A DNA stretch of 64,000 bases from Chiloscyllium plagiosum (GCF_004010195.1 NC_057728.1:50860048-50924047); one strand, 5' to 3'. Counted from the stretch's first letter, positions 39,766 through 52,749 are shown. The notes: generated by a model not told the origin, from the sequence alone. A program made the numbers and translations.

Positions 39766-42700
39766 ATAAGGAGAGGCTAGATGGGCTGGGACCTTTTCAA
39801 TGGATGTAGGAGGTTGAGGGATGACCTTATAGAAGTTTTTAAAGTCATGACAGGTACAGACAAAGTGAATAGCAGGTGTCTTTCCTCTATGGTGGGGATT
39901 TCAATTCAAGAGGGCACATTTTTAAGGTGAGAGGAGAAAGATTTTGAAAAGACTTGAGGGGCTTTTTTTTTACACTGTGTGAGTCATATGTGGACTGAGC
40001 TTCCAGAAGAACTGATGGATGCAGGTATAGTTATAACATTTAAAAGTCATGTAACTAAGTACATAAATTAAAATTGTTTGGAGGGATATGGGCCAAGCGC
40101 AGGCAGGTGGGACTAATTTAGTTTGGGATTATGGTCAGCGTGGACTGGTTGGACCGAAGGGTCTGTTTCCACTCTGTATGGCTCTGGGATGTTATGAAAT
40201 TGGTTAAAAGATAAAATGCTGATAACAGTGATAGACAGAAGAAAAGTAGAAAACGCTGGGAATTCTCAGCAGTTTTGCCAGCTTGTGTGTAGTGAGAAAA
40301 CAGAGTTAATATTTCTGGCCGATGTCTTTTTATTAGGACGAGCTGAGTATTTCCTGCGTTTCTGTTTGCTTTTGAATTTCCAGCATCTTTTGAAACTGCA
40401 ATGAATATTTGACAATCATACTAGAGCAGAGCACAAACCTCCTGTGTTCCCCAGGAGTCAGAATTAGGTATTTGTTTGGATTTAGTTCAATGATTATAGA
40501 TTAGTCTGTTCCACCATTCAAAATCATTATGGCTGATCATCCAACTTTCTCGCTATATCTTTTAATCCTAAGAGCTATATTTACATCATTCTTGACAATC
40601 TTTTCAAAAAGAAGCAACATAAAAGAAATGGCACACTTTGACATGGGGGTTCACACACTATGAAATGGGGGTTCTCAAACAGACGGATAAAGGGATGTGG
40701 AATATGGTCTTAACTCCTTGAGGACGGCAGGGCAGGTTGAGAAGACAGTTTAAAAAGCATGTGGGATCATTAGGTTTATTAATAGAAGCATCAGTGCAAA
40801 AGCAAAGAAGTTATGACAAATCTGTACATAACATTGGTAAGGTTTCAGCTGGAGCATTGTGTCTGAATTTGATTCCTCCCTTTTCAGGAATGATTGAGGG
40901 TGCAAAAGAAATTTACTAGAAAGGTGTCAGGTATGTAGGACATTGAAACATCATAAACATTTCAGAGAAAATAGCCAAGAAGGCTAATGGAATGCCTGTA
41001 TATCTAGACTAGAAATGGGTAGAAGTTATATGTCTCAGTTATACCCTGTGTAAAGTTCTGGGCACTACGTCTTATGATTGGTACGTTGGCTTTGAAAGGA
41101 AGTGAAGCACAGATTTACCAGAATGGCACCAAGGATTAAAAGATTACAGTTTTGAGGGCAAAAGGTGCATAATGTAGGTTTGTACTTTATTGAGTTTACC
41201 TCAGGTTACATTACAATCAGAGATTACACAGAGCAGGATTGTATTACATAGAATTTAGAAGATTAAGGGATTATCTTGAAGGAAGTTCCCAAGATATTAA
41301 GAGGAACAGACATGATAGCTAGAGAGAAATTATTGCCCCTAGTTGAGGAGACTAGGGCCAGGGCACAGTCTAAAAATTGGAACCAGACCTTACAGCAGTG
41401 AAATTAAATAACACACATCTAAATTCAAAAGAGTGATAAATCTGTGGAACTCTCATCTGAAGATGGCAAACGATAATAAATTGATTGCTCATGTTAAAAC
41501 TAAAAATGAAAGGGTTCAGTTTTCCAAAGATATTGTGGAATACTGGGCAAAGATTGGTACATGGATCATCCAGAAGGGGCAGAATGCCCTCTTCCTGTTC
41601 CTCTGTAAAGGCACTTTGGGAAAACTGCAGAAGTAGATTTACTTTCTCCTGATCAATGAAAGTGAAGGGGATATTTGTTAGAGATGTTCAAAGTCAAGAA
41701 GGGTTTTGATTTTGTAAAGCAGTTCCAGTGACAGAGGGTTGGTAACCGGAGGGCCTCAGATTTAAGATAATTGGTAAAAGAACCAGAGGCGAGAGGAGAA
41801 GATTGTCATTTTGCAAAGCGCATTCTTTGATCTGGAATAAACAGCCTGAAGCATGTGTAAGTAGATACAATAATAGCTTGCAAAAGATAATTTGATAAAA
41901 ATAAGTTACAGTTTGGAGAAGCCAATTTTAAAAACAAAACTATGTGAGTGAGATTGTTGTGTGCATTTTTGTTTTGAGTTTGTGACATCGGGCTGCATTC
42001 CAACATTAATCGCAATGCCTGAGATTCTTCCTTCATCGCGCCAGAGGGTACGGAGGTGATTTATGAGAATGTTGCCAGGAATGGAGATTTATAGAAGTTT
42101 ATTGTTGATAAATTAATAAGAATCAGAATGAGAGTGGAAACTTTAAGCATGTGCAGCACCCTTTTAAAGCAAATTTATTATCTTGTGGGAGTTGTCAGCA
42201 ATGTCAGCATTTCCTGCCCATCCCTAATTACCCCTTGCACTGAGATGCCTGTTCAGCCATTTCAAAGGGCAATTAACAATCAACCACATTGGTATGTGGT
42301 CTGGAGTCACATGTAGGCCAAGTCAAGTAACAGTGACCAATTTCCTTCCCTAAAAGGCACTTAGGGAATTAGGTGGGTTTTTATGCATCAGAGTCATCAT
42401 CATCCAGACTTTGTTACTTGAATTGAGTTTATTGTCACGTGTGCCAAGGCACAGTGAAAAGCTTTGAATTTCAGTTCAGTCAGCAGCAGTGACAAGACTT
42501 GAACCTGCAACCCCCCCCCCCCCCACTCCCCCAGCCTCAACCTGACTGGTCTTGGGACGTGGCTATTATACTACCATCCTCGTTCAAGCATAGGTCATGG
42601 CTGAAGTCTGTGTCTGCTCAGGATGCTGGGTTGAGCTAGTTGAATTGTTCAGGGTAGCAAAACATGAGAGAAGATTTGATTGCTGTGTATAAAATTACAG

Positions 42701-43888
42701 GAGACTGAGACAGGACATTCTGCTGTTTTCCTTGTTGATTTCACATGGTCTGAATGGGTAATAGAGGCAGAAACTCTCAAATACATTTCAAGATGTGCAC
42801 ATGTAATTTATAAGGCTACAGCTGGAAAGTGAGTTGAGGCAGGCCCTGAAAGGGTGGGTGGAATGGCCTCCTTCTGTGCTGTGATTTTCTATGATTTCCA
42901 TGACAAAACTTTGAAGGGAAATATAAAGGGCTTTGGGGGAAGGCCAGTGGATTGAGACTACATGGGTAGCTCCATTAGCTGATAGAGCCAGTCCATTGTG
43001 GCACTATGTTATCCTATTCACTGGAATCTTAATCGGTCACATCCCAAAACATTGGCAGAAGCAAACAAGAAATAAGAAAGGGAACGGAATCTGCATGGCC
43101 CAGATAGTTAGTCATTTGTGACATTGAGTAGAACTTGACTAAAGGGATAGCAGAGACCACAATCCACAGCCAGATAAACAAGATGGTTCCCTTGGACTGG
43201 AACAGGTTTGGTAGGAGTTTGTAAAGCAGTCTGGTCTCCACTGGCTAGAAATGGCTGGGGGTTTTGGGGGAGTGCTGCCCAGGTAAAGAAAAGCTGCCTG
43301 CAGCCATTGAAAGGAAGTTGGCCACAAATAGACTGGAGGTGCCATCCCGTCTCAGAGAATTGCCAGCTGATCGGAGGCCAATATCTCTGTGGTGCCAGCA
43401 GACCCCACAAGGGGCGTGTAGGGATGGCATGCAGGGCCTGAGGAGGCAAACAGCATCTTGCTAGGGGCCAGTGAGGCTGGGCTTTCAGAAAACTTTGGGC
43501 CTGATACTCTGGGTAGTCATAGATATTAGGAGCAGCAGTAGGCCCTTTGTTCCTTTGTGCCTGCTCCACCATTCTATATTATCATGGTTGATCCTTTACC
43601 TCAACACGATATTCCCACTTCCTCTCCATACCCCTTGATGCCTTTAATATTTAATAATTTATCAATCTCTTTCATGAATATATTCAATGATCCAGCCTCT
43701 GTAGTAGCAAATTCCACTGTTTGACCACCCTCTGAGTGAAGAAATGTTTCCTCACCTCAATTCTAAATATCCTGAGGCCGTGACCCTTGATTCTAGTCTC
43801 ACTGACTGGTGGCTGTGCAATGTTCCTCTGTTCGCTGTGCCATAGATACGCAAGTTTGTGTAACGGGTATTTATTGATGTATCTCTAG

Positions 43889-44080
43889 ATGGCAGGTGCT
43901 GGAGTGTTGACCATTGGAACTTGGACGTTGACTGAAAAAAGAGATTACTTGAGCCTTCTTCCATCCAGTACGTTTGCTGTCTCTGCCGGTATTCTCATCT
44001 TCGCTGGCAGCCTGGTGCTGGTCACAGGATTCCTTGGTTGTTGTGCGGTTGTTCGAGAACAGCAGGCAGGTCTGGCAGCA
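43889..44080 (+). CDS. TSPAN11: Tetraspanin-11-like, second coding exon (end of TM1, small loop, TM2)
   Basis: ctcTAG acceptor; 192 nt encoding MAGAGVLTIGTWTLTEKRDYLSLLPSSTFAVSAGILIFAGSLVLVTGFLGCCAVVREQQAGLAA; donor GTAAGT. Size and sequence fit the recalled TSPAN11/CD151 exon. Confidence 0.95.
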
Positions 44081-44249
44081 GTAAGTACTCAACCCCTGGC
44101 ACTGCAACGAAACACAAGGTGCTTCTGAGAATCTGTGAAATGAAGACCCTGGTGCAGTTTTCCCAAGTATTTTGCCTTTGAACCTTTTGACCCAGATTGA
44201 GGAGGAATACTTTCACTCAGAGAGTGATGAAACTTTGTAAATCTGCACC

Positions 44250-45245
44250 CATGACAAGTGGCAAGTAGCGTTCATGCCACACATAGCCAAGCAATGATCC
44301 TCCCCCAAGAATCTAACTATTGTCTTTTGACATTCAGTGGCATTGCTATCACTGTAACAACCTGGAAGTGATTATTGACCAGAAACTGAACTGGAACTAG
44401 CCATTTAAATACAGTGACTATAAGAGCAAGTCAGAAGCTAGGCATCTTGCTGAGAGTAACTCACCTCCTGACTCAGCAAAGTTTAGATCAGAGTGGTGCT
44501 GGAAAAGCACAGCAGGTCAGGCAGCATCCAAGGAGCAGGCAAATCGACGTTTTGGGCAAAAGCCCTGCATCAGGAATAGCTCTATTCCTGATGAAGGGCT
44601 TTTGCCCGAAACATCAATTTTCCTGCTCCTCGGATGCTGCCTGACCAGCTGTGCTTTTCCAGCACCACGCTGATCTAAACTCTGGTTTCCAGCATCTGCA
44701 GTCCTCACTTTTGCCTCCTGACTCAGCAAACCCTGTCCACCATCTACAAGGCACAGGAGTGTAATGGAATACTCCTCACTTGCCTGGATGAGTATAACTT
44801 CAACAGCACTCAGGAAGCTTGTCACCACCCAGGACGAAGCAGCCCGCTTGATTGGCACCACACCCAAGGCATTAACTCCCTCCATCATCAATGGTCAATA
44901 GCAGTAGTGTGTATATCTACAAGATGCAGAAATTCACCAAGGCTTCTTAGACAGCACCTTCCAAACCCATGACCACTTTCATTGAGAAGGACAAGGGCAG
45001 CAGATTCATGGGAACACCGCAACCTGCCAGTTTCCCTCCAAGCCACTCACATTCATTTATTGCTGTCACTTCAGTGTCACTGGGTCAAAGTCCTGGACCT
45101 CTCTTCTTAATGGCATGGTGAGTCTGCTACACCAAATGGACTTATGCGGTTCAAGAATGCAGCTCACCACCTTCTCAAGGGAAACCAGGGATGGGTAATA
45201 AATGCTGGCCCAGCCAGTGATGCCACATTCCACAAATGCAGAAAA
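44250..45245 (+). mobile_element. Second LINE family 3' region, interrupted by a fold-back insert
   Basis: RASQKLGILLRVTHLLT...IYKAQ..MEYSSLAW, with tail ...agggatgggtaataaatgctggcccagccag. Confidence 0.75.
44481..44713 (+). mobile_element. Fold-back Penelope terminus pair (100-bp arms) with a hammerhead-like core
   Basis: Arms 44480-44579 and 44582-44681; perfect 17-bp TSD cctcctgactcagcaaa (44464-44480, 44714-44730). Confidence 0.9.
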
Positions 45246-47178
45246 GAAACTCTGCAATTCTTTAGAGCCGGGTAAACCGTGAAAGAGGATAGAAAGGCAG
45301 TGTGTTCTGTTTCCCTGAGCTTCCAGTTGAAGTTCCACGTGGAGAACTGAAGGATTTCCATTTCCAAACCATTCCCCTAATTTCCATCTTGTATTCATTT
45401 GGTTATTGTTCTCAAGGTTTTAAACTAATGTGGCTCGTAGTTCTCCTGTTCCAACTAACAGTCTGGGTTATTCAGAAATTCACAAGGAAATGTGAAGTAT
45501 TTCTGACTGCACAATCTCTCCCACACTCAGTAGTGTTTGACTAACACCATGCATGTGTGTCTTGTACCATTTGTTACAAATGTCAGTGAACTTAATTTGG
45601 TCTGCAAAATGTGCACATATAACAGGAATTTACAGTTGTTAATAGCAAAGGAAGTGGAAATACCCTTATTTTCCTCACACATTCCATTATTTTTCAATTA
45701 GTTCTTGGGAATTAGCAATTATTATCAGTGCCCCAATAATGTGGCACTGCAGACACAAATTAAGCCAAAGTAGATACAGACAGCAGACTTCCCTCCCTGC
45801 GTGTAGTGTGGTTTACTCCTCCTTTGATTTCTCATGTTCCTGTTTGCCAAAGTTTTGATTGAAGATGTCAGGGTGAGATATTTTGATTCTTGATTCCCTT
45901 ATTGATCAAGGATTATGGGAAAAAAATGCAATAAAGTAGATGTGATGAATCTTGGATCAGCCATAATCCTTTTGAATGGCAGAGCAGGCTTGAGCTGCTA
46001 AACAGCCGACACTTATGGTCTTACAGATTGTGTTGATCTGTCGGGCCATTTTGGGAAGGAACTATTTTCTAAAGGAGCTCGGTGTACCATTAGTTGCTGA
46101 TGAATAATTATCCAGCCATCTCTATCCCCACTCCCGTGCTCAGTTTGAAAGTTTCATACTGTCCATCAGCCACTGGGAACCAGAATCATTAAATTGGGCT
46201 CACCCTCCACACCAGCCTGTCTGGAAGTAGGAAATCCAAGGTTTCACAACTGGGGTGAAAAGTGCAAATAATTCAGCCACCAGTACAACACTTTGTGGGG
46301 GCCTAAAGGTGATCTTTTACTCATTTAAAGTACTATCTTGTCCAATGACTAAAGATTTAAAAGCTTAAAACAGTAAAGGTATGTTGGATCTGAAGTAGTG
46401 CATATCTTCAAGTAATAATTGATCTCACATATAAATTGACCCCAGATCGTTTCTTTTTCATTAATTCATGGGATATAGAAATTGCTTGAGATGTTGGTGA
46501 TAAGTTGCCTTCTTGAATTGATATAGGCACATCCATAACAGGGAGGGGTGTTGCAGGAATTTCACACAATGACACTGAGGAGGATTAGTGATATATTTCC
46601 AAGTCAGGATGGTGAGTGGCTTGGAAAGAAATTTACAAGTGGTGTTATTCCCATATCCCTGCCATTGTCATTCCGGCTTATAGTGGTCCTGGGTTTGGAA
46701 GGTTCTGTCTCAAGCCCCCAGCTGCCCTCACTTTTCACGTCCCTTATAATAGACTTGCAAGGAGAGTTGGTGGGGCCAATTCATTGAGTCTTTTTTTCAC
46801 AATTGCTTGTTTCCCATTTAAACATTGGGAATACTAATGGATTATCTGGAACAGTCGTTACCTGCTCAAGTCAGCACCATGGACAGTAACAAAGGGTTGG
46901 TGTCAAGGGCTTTTGCCCAAAACGGTCGATTTTCCTGCTCCTCAGATGCTGCCTGACCTGCTGTGCTTTTCCAGCACCACTCTTATCTTGATGTTAATAT
47001 CCACACTTCAGTGATTCCAAAGATCCAGAATAGACTCCATCCCCTCAATAGTATCACTTGTGTAAAGTTTGAACCTCCACAACCCCACACTTCCCAATCC
47101 AGACATTTTCTAGCCTAAATATTTGATCTCAAAAGCCCAACTCAAATACAAGTACATTTTTTCTTCTTTGCAGATAAA

Positions 47179-47498
47179 GGCCATTCAGCCTATCAGGTCT
47201 GCACCAACCCTCCAAAGAGCATCCCATCCAGACCCAATGCCCCATCCTATGGCTGTAATCACCATGGCTAATCCACCTAGTTTGCACATCCCTGGACACT
47301 ACAGGCAATTTAGCATGGCCAATGCACCTAACCTGCACATCTTTGGACTGAGAGGAAACCGGAGCGTCCGGAGGAATCCCACGCAGAATCGGGGAGAATG
47401 TACAAACTCCACACAGACAGACAGTTGCCTAGTGTTGGAATCAAATCTTGGTCCCTAGCACTATGTAGCAACAGTGCTAACCACTGGGCCGCCATGCC
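47179..47498 (-). mobile_element. HE1-type SINE (left member of a head-to-head pair)
   Basis: Reverse-complement A/B boxes and core. Confidence 0.85.
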
Positions 47499-47500
47499 AT

Positions 47501-47880
47501 CTCAGTGGTTAGGACTGCTGCCTCACAGCACCAGGGACCCAGGTTTGATTCCAACCTTAGGTGACTGTTTGTCTGTGTGGAGTTTGTACATTCTCCCCAT
47601 TCTGCGTGGGTAACTGCTCGTGTGGAGTTTGTACATTCTCCCCGTTTCTGCGTGGGATTCCTCCGGATGTTCCGGTTTCCTCCCACAATCCAAAGATGTG
47701 CAGGTTAGGTGGATCAGCCATGATAAGTTGCCTGTAGTATCCAGGGAGGTGCAGGCTAGTGGATTAGCCATGGGAAATAGAGAGCGGTGGGGTGGGTCTG
47801 GGTGAGATGTTCTACAGAGGGTCAATGTGGACCTGATGGGCTGAATGGCTTGCTTCCACACTGTAGGGATTCTATTATTC
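47501..47880 (+). mobile_element. HE1-type SINE (right member) with an internal ~37-bp duplication
   Basis: ctcagtggttag, GGTTTGATTCC, duplicated gtgtggagtttgtacattctcccc, tail ctgtagggattcta. Confidence 0.85.
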
Positions 47881-48666
47881 TAAGTATGTACAGTGTAATT
47901 TGATGGTCCAATTGTGTAAAATCCCAGGTGTGATTGTGTTAGAATTTCCTGCAGTGCTTCCCAAACCTTTTCTGAGCTGTCCCAGATAATTTGAAAGATG
48001 AGCTGACAAACTGTCCAAGCCACTTGTTTCTTTATTTTTTTTCCCTCTTGTTTAACACAAGGGATTTTATTATAACACATAAAGTGTAATTTTAATATTT
48101 GAGAAGGTTGTAAACCTGGAAAAAGAATAAGAGTCATGTGGCTCCTCATGAAACTGTGTTCATTTCTAACAACTTTCATTTCACCTTTTAATTCCCCAAA
48201 CTGGCCTGTGCTATTATTAAAAACTTACTTTTTGAATTCTTTCATTGGCTGCTGATATCACTGGAATTCCTCTTGAGCTGACTGACTTGCAAGGCCTTTC
48301 AGAGGGTAGTTAAGAGTCAACCGCATTCCTGTGGGTCTAGAGTCACATGATGAGGTAAAGGCAAATACCCTTCCCTAAATTAGTAAAGCTGATGAGTTTT
48401 TAACAACAATTAATGAGACTTCATGGACACCATTACTGAATCAAGATTTTACTTCTGTATTTATTCATTTTAAATTGCTGGGATTTGAACTCAAATCTCC
48501 ACAGCATTAACCTGGGTCTCCAGATTACTAGTCCAGTGATATTACCACTGCACCACAGTCTTCTTATGATGAAATTTGACTATACATCAATGTGCCTGTA
48601 GATCAATTAATACTTGACTCCAAAATCTGAGAACACAGCTTTCTATTGGTTCTAGTTTTAGTCTAG

Positions 48667-48867
48667 GAGAAAGTGAGGACTGCTGAGGCTGGAGACCGGA
48701 GTCAAAAAGTGTGATGCTGGAAAAGTGCAGCAGGTCAGGCAGCATCCAAGGAGCAGGAGAATTGATGTTTCCGGTATAAGCCTTTCAGCCTGATGAAACT
48801 TTGACTCTCCTGCTCCTTGGATGCTGCCTGACTGGCTGTGCTTTTCCTGCGCTACACTTTCCGACTC
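48667..48867. mobile_element. Inverted pair of Penelope termini
   Basis: ggagaaagtgaggactg...gcagcatccaaggagcaggaga followed by its reverse complement. Confidence 0.8.
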
Positions 48868-48871
48868 TAGT

Positions 48872-49177
48872 TATAGAAAAATACAGCACAGAACAGGCCC
48901 TTTTGCCCACGATGTTGTGCTGAGATTTAATCTTAATGTAAATTATAGGAACTTAACCTACGCACCCCTCAACTCACTGCTATCCATGTGCATGTCCAGC
49001 AGTAGTTCAAATGTCCGTAATCCCTCTGCCTCCACCACCACAGCTGGCAACACATTCCATGCATTCACAACTCTCTGCGTAAAGAACCTACCTCTGACAT
49101 CTCCTTTATACCTTCCTTCTAATATCTTCAAACTATGACTTCTCATACCAGTCAATCCTGCCCTGGGGAAAAGTCTG
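48872..49177 (-). mobile_element. CR1 3' fragment
   Basis: GRFFTQRVVNAWNVLPAVVVEA. Confidence 0.8.
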
Positions 49178-50104
49178 CATAGTTTTTGCCTGCAAATTAA
49201 TTTTTAACTGAATTTCAAGACTTACTGGATTGAGATCAGAATTGACAAATTCTGGATTATCAGCCTGGTTTCTAATCAGTGCTTTCATTTAGGTTTCAGT
49301 TCTTTTTTAGATTGTTTTACTTTATCCAATATCCCTGTCCAGTGTCTGTGATTGAACTTTGCTCTTATAAACTGGAAGATTTTCTCATTTAAGACACCAA
49401 CTGTTGGTAACAAATGTTGTTTGTAACAGTTGCAAATTCAACTGTAGGATAAAACTTTCTCTCATCTTCCCAACAGATTGCCCCAACTGCCAAAGGACAA
49501 TCTCAATATACTTCTTTTTTCCCAAGAAAAGAATCTGATTGGTTGTTTTGTACTGAATTTCATTGAAACCTCCAAACTTTGTTTACCTGGGATCTTTTCA
49601 GCTGGATAGAGCAGATGCCTTCCCAGTCAGAATGAGTGGAGTTTTTAACTGGGGAGAGCTGGGGACACCCCCCATTACTCAAGCATGTTCCAATGACAAG
49701 ATCTCCTGGGTGTTAATTTTGATCCAAAACAGCCAGTGAGAGAGACAAACAAAACATCATCTTTTGTGGATGGAGTTTATTGACTACTTAATCTTACAGC
49801 TTCTTCCAGCCCCTAGTCTTACAAATGCTCCATATATATCTGTGCTCAGACAATTTATCGCAATCACCTGTTTCAGCTTAATGTAAATAATACTAGTTTA
49901 AAAAAAAATAATTGAGTAGACGTTAACACTGGGAAATCTAACTGTAAGATCTTTTGTTTTGGGTTTTGCAAATGTGGACTGATTGAGTATATTCTTTCCT
50001 CCGTCCGCTATGAGCAATGTATATTGCTGCATTTGTTCTGAGCATGTTGGATGTGATTATATGGTTCAGCAGCATGTGTTAAGTAATCCTGAGTGCGCTA
50101 CTAG

Positions 50105-50770
50105 CTACACTGCAATGGTACAAGATGCTGGTGAGACCACATCTGGAATACTGTGAGCAATTCTGATCCCCTTATTTAAGAAACGGTATCATTTCATTGG
50201 AGACAGTTCAGAGAAGTTTCACTCGGGTGATTCCTGTTATGTAGGGACTGTCTTATGAGCAAAGGCTAAACGGGTTGGGACTCTATTCTCTGGAGTTTGG
50301 AAGAATGAGAGATGATCTCATTGAAATGCAGGATTCTTAAGGGGCTTTACAGGCTGAGAGAATGTCTCCCCTCATGAAACAGTCAAAGTTCAGAGAGCAT
50401 ACTCTCAGAATACAGGGGCACCAATTTAAAACTGAGATGAGGAGGAATTTCTACTCTGAGGACTGTGAGTCTTTGGAACTCCATGCCAAGAGAGCTGTGA
50501 GGGTCGAGCCCTATTTAAGGCTGAGATATAAAGATTCTGATCAGCTGATCACCTAATGAAGGAGCGTCGCTCCGAAAGCTAGTGTGCTTCCAATTAAACC
50601 TGTTGGACTATAACCTGGTGTTGTGTGATTTTTAACTTTGTACACCCCAGTCCAACAACGGCATCTCCGAATCCTGATCAGTTGGGGAAGCAAGGATTAC
50701 AGAGAAATGTCAGGAATGTGAGGAATGTTGGATCAGCTGTGAACCTATTGAATGGCAGACAATGTCATTG
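50105..50770 (+). mobile_element. CR1-like 3' fragment
   Basis: LVRPHLEYCEQF...LETVQRSFTR motifs. Confidence 0.75.
50548..50673 (+). mobile_element. Penelope terminus with a minimal hammerhead-like motif (G5A variant)
   Basis: cac-CUAAUGA-a-GGAGC-guc-GCUCC-GAAA-GCUA-gug at 50550-50584; flanking repeat ctgatcag(c/t)tg (50537-50547, 50674-50684). Confidence 0.75.
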
Positions 50771-51966
50771 CCTTATGGTCTAACAATCAATTTAAGGGAA
50801 TCAGTCAAGCTCATGGTGTCATTAGATTACACTTACTGGAATTAAACATACTTTCATACACAGGAAAATGTTTTCCCTAAACAAAAGGAACATGTTTAAG
50901 CTTTGTGCCTTTTTTGAATTACCTGGTGACTTGGGAGCCTATAGTTCCCTATTGTTTTCTCAATGGTAGTATATTCACCAAAGTTGCTTGTCAAACAATC
51001 ATGCCTCTTTTCTTCTGCAGTGCAAATTGTTGTGATCATTTGAAATTTGCCATTCTTGCATTTGTCCTGATGAAAAGCATCAGCGACCCATAGCTCTTTA
51101 CAGTGAGGGTAAATTTCAGCACCCACTTCAATGTAGGTAAGCCTTGACCCTCTCCATATTGTAGACTATCCCATCATCTCACTCAGGTAAATTTTGGAAA
51201 TCATCCATCAGTTTTCACTTCTTGCTAACAAAATCCTTACTCTTTTGGTCGCTCAACTGACTAACTGTGAAAGGAGACAGAATTTCTTTTCCACTACCTG
51301 TCCCCAGTCTGCAATTTTCCCTCATTGTTATTCAGTCCTAGCAAGCAGTAAGCTCACTTGCCACATCTGGCAAAATGTTCCACATCTGAAACATTAACTT
51401 GTTCAGTTGTGTTTTCGGCAATTCTCTGTTTCTTTTTGGTTCCCATTTTCTGCATTTTTCCATTATCTTTCCTCAGCGGAGAAAGTGCATCTCAGTCCAG
51501 TGCTGTGTATGCAGGGGCGTTCTCTTTGGTACAGTGCTGCTTAAGCCTTTTCTCAGTGAGGTGTGAGCTCTGCTTAGTCAAGTTAGCCATCCAGAAACTG
51601 CCCTATCAGAGACATTGCGGATCAACATTATATGTCAAAGTCAATTTCTATTTCTGACTCTCTGACTGTGCAACATGTCTTGAGATTGTCAAGAGTGCAG
51701 CACAGCTGCTCAGATCTGAAAATCGGCTTTATTTAGTCCAGTAAGAATTCCTATTCGGATTCCATTCAGATTCCAGACCGAATCTCTGGAATTCCCACTG
51801 TTTCTCTCTCTCCTCCTTTAAAATGATCCTTAGAAACTATCTTTGGACATCTGACTTAAAATCACCTACTTGACATGGTGTCAACCTTCATTTGACAATC
51901 AAGTGTTTTGGGATATTTCCATATGCAAAAGTAACTATACAAAGAAAGTTGTTGTTGTACAGTTTA

Positions 51967-52345
51967 GGGGAGAGGGTGGCATAACACTAATACGAGAGTA
52001 CGGAGTGTATTAATAATTCCGGGATCAGGCTGAATGCTCTGTGGACATGGGTTCATATCCAACCAAGGCAGATGATTAAATTTAACTTCAAATATTACTA
52101 ATAGGAAGTAAGCCTCTGGTTTGGAAAGCTGATCTCAGTAATAATGACCAGGAAATTATAGTTGACTGTTGTAAAAGCCCATCTGGCTCACTAATGTCCT
52201 TTTAGGGAAGGAAATCTGCCGTCCTTACCTGGTCTGGCCTACAAGTGATCCAGACCCACAGTAAAGTGATTATTCTTAACTGTCCTCTGAAAAAACCAAT
52301 CAATTCAAGGGGAATTAGGATGGCAACAAATGCCTACGTGCCATA
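51967..52345 (+). mobile_element. Second tRNA-like SINE family copy
   Basis: GGTTCATATCC B-box-like motif, shared core and tail. Confidence 0.7.
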
Positions 52346-52749
52346 AAAGAAATGCACCAGAAAACAGACCGACAGTGGGATTGACCAGATTGCTCAACAG
52401 AGAGTCAGCATGGACTTATTGGGCTGAATGGCCTCCTTCTCTGCCAACTAAACCATGGGACATTGGTTTACCCATTTTCCCCTCACTGTCTTTCATGCTA
52501 ACCCTAAAGCTACAACATTTGATCCCGAGATTCCGTCCTTCCTGGGTTCATTCAAATCTCAAACAATTAGAATTCGAACCCTGCAATTTAGGGAAATGTT
52601 AACTGAGGAGGGTGCTTGAATCGATATACAATGCTTTATCAGGTCAACACCATTTGCTGTAAAATGGAATGACACATTGATAAACACCATGTAACTTTGA
52701 GTTGCCTTTCAGCTATACTCATTTCTATTTGTGGCTCTTGTTCTCTCAG

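Larger units (their letters stand above)
38815..40185 (+). mobile_element. CR1 3' region carrying two nested Penelope insertions
   Basis: YRTLVRPVVEYCVQF...LERVQKR resumes after each insert; 3' tail at ~40180. Confidence 0.85.

Noticed and set aside
44066..44080. Exon end gcaggtctggcagca matches the Penelope-type repeat motif
   Set aside because: Only 15 nt, and the exon length is the conserved 192 nt; most likely coincidence rather than exonisation.
43889..44128. 79-aa ORF as a standalone gene
   Set aside because: It is an internal exon ending at 44080; the ATG is an internal Met and the rest is intron read-through.
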